This document shows, in pieces, positions 61,097 to 64,000 of a stretch of DNA of 64,000 nucleotides. The notes beneath the pieces were generated by a model. That model saw nothing but the letters and a program-made list of their open reading frames with translations. It ran no database searches and was not told the DNA's origin. Positions within the stretch are counted from its first letter, which is position 1. Every line of letters begins with the position of its first letter. The stretch comes from Bacteroidales bacterium. GTDB lineage: Bacteria > Bacteroidota > Bacteroidia > Bacteroidales > UBA7960. The DNA is taken from positions 22,492 to 86,491 of the forward strand of contig JAWLDT010000002.1 of NCBI GenBank assembly GCA_041686485.1, read 5' to 3'. Made by a program: the position numbers and the translations under genes.

Positions 61097-63010
61097 TTAA
61101 TTAAAAAACATCCAGGAAATACCAAATTTGATCATGGTTTCCGGCTGCGGGTAGAATGGTATGTCGTAAACAGGTGAGGCGTCCGTTACAAAATGACCAA
61201 TATTTTCAACTTTAAGAAACAAACGTGCCCGGCTTATGCGGGCATTTACGAATACATCCAACAAAAGCGTATGGTCGCTTTCATATTTGTCTTGCCGGTA
61301 AAACTGCCGTGCCGGGGGCATAAAAGCCATCGGTTCGTAAGGCAAATGATAACGCAGGTCGAAACCTGTCAGAAGATGTAAGGCATCATCGAAAAGACGA
61401 AAATCACCATACAGGGAATGGTAGCTAATCAAGGGCGGAAAGCTGGTAAACCGCTCCACATCCAGATACTGGTATTGCACAACATGGTGCATCCCAAAGA
61501 ATCCGACATCCATCTCCGCAACTACTCTGGCTGTCAGCGCAGAAAAAGAACCATCATGTTGTTCGGGATGCCCCCCTTCATTCATAAACAGCGCGCGGTT
61601 AAGCAAATAATAGTTGGCTTCGCCGGTGATATGGGGAGTCAGGTAGGTCACACCAAGATTTAGTGTGCGTTGTTTTTTAAACGCGTTATCCCAGCTGATA
61701 TAATTACTGCGAAAACGGGTTAAAAAATAGGGTGCCTCTTGTTCAGCATAGGCACCATTGATGGCCAGGCGGCTGTCATCTCCGGATCTGCCAATCAGAA
61801 AACGGCCGTCCATCCCTAGATCTCCTGCATTATAGCCACCTGCTATAAAACGGGCATGTCCGTCAAATGATAAAAAGCGATTTGGGTCAGAATAAATCCG
61901 CAAACCAGGCTGTAACTGTGAATAGCTGTTCTTATCAAAAAGGTATGTATCCGTCTCCTGTTCAGTAAATTTAGGCTGATGCAACCTTATCCAGGTGTGC
62001 CTGAGGTATACATTCAGATAAAGGGAGGGTTGCGTTTCGCTCTCCGGCGCAGGATAATTCGACCATGCCAGCTTGTTATCCATCCTGTGCACAAGGGTTG
62101 AATCATAAGTCAGATGCGTATTGGCAGGTTCTTCCTCATAAAAAGCACTGGAAGGGCTGCCTGGTTCATCAAAAACAAAAGTTTCTCTTTTATAGATGAA
62201 ATCATGTGTGAACCTGCCCAGGTTCAACGGGTTAACTGCTTCTGGTATGGTGTCTGAAACCGTATCTTTTTCATATTCAAATGCTGCCTGGTAAATCTGA
62301 TGCAAACGAAAACCCAATTCCCGGTAGCGCGACTCCGCCTGGTAAAGGTAGACACTATCCTGCACTTCATTCTCCTCAAAACCGATATGGTCCTTTAGGC
62401 CACCGCTCTCATGATTATAAACGCGGTTCACAAAAAAGCTACCCAAAATCTGGTAACGATCGGTAGCTTGCACATCTACATTGGCAGATACGTTGTTGTT
62501 TCGGGCTCCGAGCCGGCTGTAATACCCCGGAGAGTTAACGACCTGGTAGCGGAAACTCCCATATACACGGTCATGAAAACGTTGATTGTGTTTGGCATAG
62601 AAAGATTGTTCATTTTCTGACCCCAGCACATAATATAGTTCGGTAAACACATGTTCAGGCCTGTAAAACTTCATGTCACTGGCTGAGAGGGTATAACCGG
62701 GATACCATTTGTTTTCAAAAAGACGGAATCCGGGCTCTGTCTCAGGAACAAATGACAGCCGGCGGGTTCTGTGGCCTATGTTTCCCTTATCTGCAACAAA
62801 CACCGCTTCCCTGTAGGGAAAATCATAACGGTGAAAGCCGGCCAGGGTGGTATCAGCCAAAAGCGGATGTTCCTGATATGGGTCATGAACCATCTCGTGG
62901 GTAAACCAGGAAACTTCAGGAATACCAGGCTCATCTGCTCCCATCAGTGGGTGGGCAAAACATACCAAAAGGCAAAACAGAAATCCAATTAGTGGAAATA
63001 GCCGTCGCAT
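61097..63010 (-). CDS. large outer-membrane beta-barrel protein (Bacteroidota putative-porin-like)
   Basis: Signal peptide MRRLFPLIGFLFCLLVCFA. Rich in aromatic residues and Gly, with strand periodicity. C-terminus is KFGISWMFFN. Confidence 0.7.
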   Translation of the reverse strand: MRRLFPLIGFLFCLLVCFAHPLMGADEPGIPEVSWFTHEMVHDPYQEHPLLADTTLAGFHRYDFPYREAVFVADKGNIGHRTRRLSFVPETEPGFRLFENKWYPGYTLSASDMKFYRPEHVFTELYYVLGSENEQSFYAKHNQRFHDRVYGSFRYQVVNSPGYYSRLGARNNNVSANVDVQATDRYQILGSFFVNRVYNHESGGLKDHIGFEENEVQDSVYLYQAESRYRELGFRLHQIYQAAFEYEKDTVSDTIPEAVNPLNLGRFTHDFIYKRETFVFDEPGSPSSAFYEEEPANTHLTYDSTLVHRMDNKLAWSNYPAPESETQPSLYLNVYLRHTWIRLHQPKFTEQETDTYLFDKNSYSQLQPGLRIYSDPNRFLSFDGHARFIAGGYNAGDLGMDGRFLIGRSGDDSRLAINGAYAEQEAPYFLTRFRSNYISWDNAFKKQRTLNLGVTYLTPHITGEANYYLLNRALFMNEGGHPEQHDGSFSALTARVVAEMDVGFFGMHHVVQYQYLDVERFTSFPPLISYHSLYGDFRLFDDALHLLTGFDLRYHLPYEPMAFMPPARQFYRQDKYESDHTLLLDVFVNARISRARLFLKVENIGHFVTDASPVYDIPFYPQPETMIKFGISWMFFN

Positions 63011-63198
63011 GATCGGATTTTTGAGGCGTAAAATTGGTGTGTAAAGGTATAATAAATTTTGTGTTCCGCATGTTTATCATGGTGTATGAGGTAAAACAGA
63101 GTGGCTCCGAACTACTTTCGACGAAGACCCTTTATGTGCTACGGCAAAAGCATAGATTAAAAAAGGCAACTCCATTCACAAAAAAGCCCAATATGTCA

Positions 63199-63206
63199 TA
63201 TCTTTG
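63199..63206 (+). promoter_or_regulatory. -7 motif TATCTTTG for the patatin-like gene
   Basis: TAnnTTTG 45 nt upstream of the ATG at 63251. Confidence 0.45.
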
Positions 63207-63250
63207 CATTAATAAAGCATATTGTAAAGCAATACGTGACCATATAACAG

Positions 63251-64000
63251 ATGCGGACGATCATTTGCTCTTTACTCCTGCCCCTTTTGCTTGTTTTTAC
63301 AGCATATGATGGCAAAACCTTGCCTGCAGCAACCAGGACCGATGGTGACAAATCCATCGGACTAACGCTTAGCGGCGGCGGCGCAAGGGGGCTTGCCCAT
63401 GCCGGGGTGCTGCATGTGCTGGATAGCCTGGGAGTCAAAATAGACTATATTACCGGGACAAGTATGGGAAGTATAGCGGCAGGCATGTATGCTTCAGGCT
63501 ATTCCGCCAAAGAAATTGAAGAGTTTGCCCTTGGGATGAACTGGGATGAAATGTTCACCCGGAGCAGTCACCTCAGTTACATTCACCCTGCAAGAAGAGA
63601 GGACCACAGGAAATTCTTCCTGGAAGTTCCGGTGGCCAACCGGAAAATTCAGTTACAAACCGGTGCCGTTGAAGGGCAGCAACTATGGAACACCCTGAAT
63701 GAAGTATTCCTGCACGTTCACGACATCAATGATTTCAGTCAACTGGACATCCCCTTTAAATGCATAGCCACCAACGTGGAAACCGGTGAGGCGGTGGTCA
63801 TGAAAGAAGGCAACCTAATTACGGCTATCCGGGCCTCCATGGCCATCCCCGCCGTATTCAGAACGGTAGAGCGAGACGGGATGAAACTGATTGACGGAGG
63901 CGTAGTGAATAATTTCCCTGTGGTTGAAGCCAAAAATATGGGGGCAGATTTTGTGATCGGCGTGAATGTTTCACAAGGGTTAAGACCTGCAGAAGAACTG
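63251..64000 (+). CDS. patatin-like phospholipase (3' end beyond window)
   Basis: My own translation; the gene is open at the edge. MRTIICSLLLPLLLVFTA signal peptide, oxyanion motif GLTLSGGGARGLAHAGVL, nucleophile GTSMGS, catalytic Asp context LIDGGVVNNFPV. Confidence 0.9.
   Translation, partial: MRTIICSLLLPLLLVFTAYDGKTLPAATRTDGDKSIGLTLSGGGARGLAHAGVLHVLDSLGVKIDYITGTSMGSIAAGMYASGYSAKEIEEFALGMNWDEMFTRSSHLSYIHPARREDHRKFFLEVPVANRKIQLQTGAVEGQQLWNTLNEVFLHVHDINDFSQLDIPFKCIATNVETGEAVVMKEGNLITAIRASMAIPAVFRTVERDGMKLIDGGVVNNFPVVEAKNMGADFVIGVNVSQGLRPAEEL

Overview
This looks like a chromosomal segment of a Bacteroidota-type genome. Three things support that: many TAnnTTTG promoter motifs, a str-S10-spc-alpha ribosomal supercluster with no tuf or adk, and a DUF4290-murA pair. 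About two thirds of the window is core housekeeping. On the minus strand, 25.3-43.8 kb holds rpsL-rpsG-fusA-rpsJ...rplQ with 31 ribosomal protein genes plus secY, map, infA and rpoA, and eno follows. The window also has tig-clpP-clpX, uvrD-family helicase, murA, grpE-dnaJ, a single-chain pyruvate:ferredoxin oxidoreductase, pcm, two tRNAs (His-GTG, Leu-TAG), transporters, one TPR sensor kinase and one sigma-54 activator. The only clearly accessory part is 0-9.7 kb. It contains an exported PPAD/agmatine-deiminase-family enzyme carrying dockerin-like repeats. That gene is open at the window edge and absent from the ORF track. Next to it is a co-directional glycan-modification cluster: a two-domain unknown protein, a large GNAT, a Wzx flippase, a GT4 and a Cys-less AsnB-like amidotransferase. 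The cluster is split by an opposite-strand tRNA-His. I found no CRISPR array, integrase, transposase, toxin-antitoxin pair or recognisable defence system. The most notable observations are the secreted deiminase-dockerin fusion, the composition of the glycan cluster, an L17 with a ~155-aa acidic tail, a 156-bp structured spacer inside the normally compact S10 operon, and a sigma-54 activator with no DNA-binding domain that abuts a decayed erythromycin-esterase-family remnant. All functional calls come from reading motifs by eye; no database search was run.
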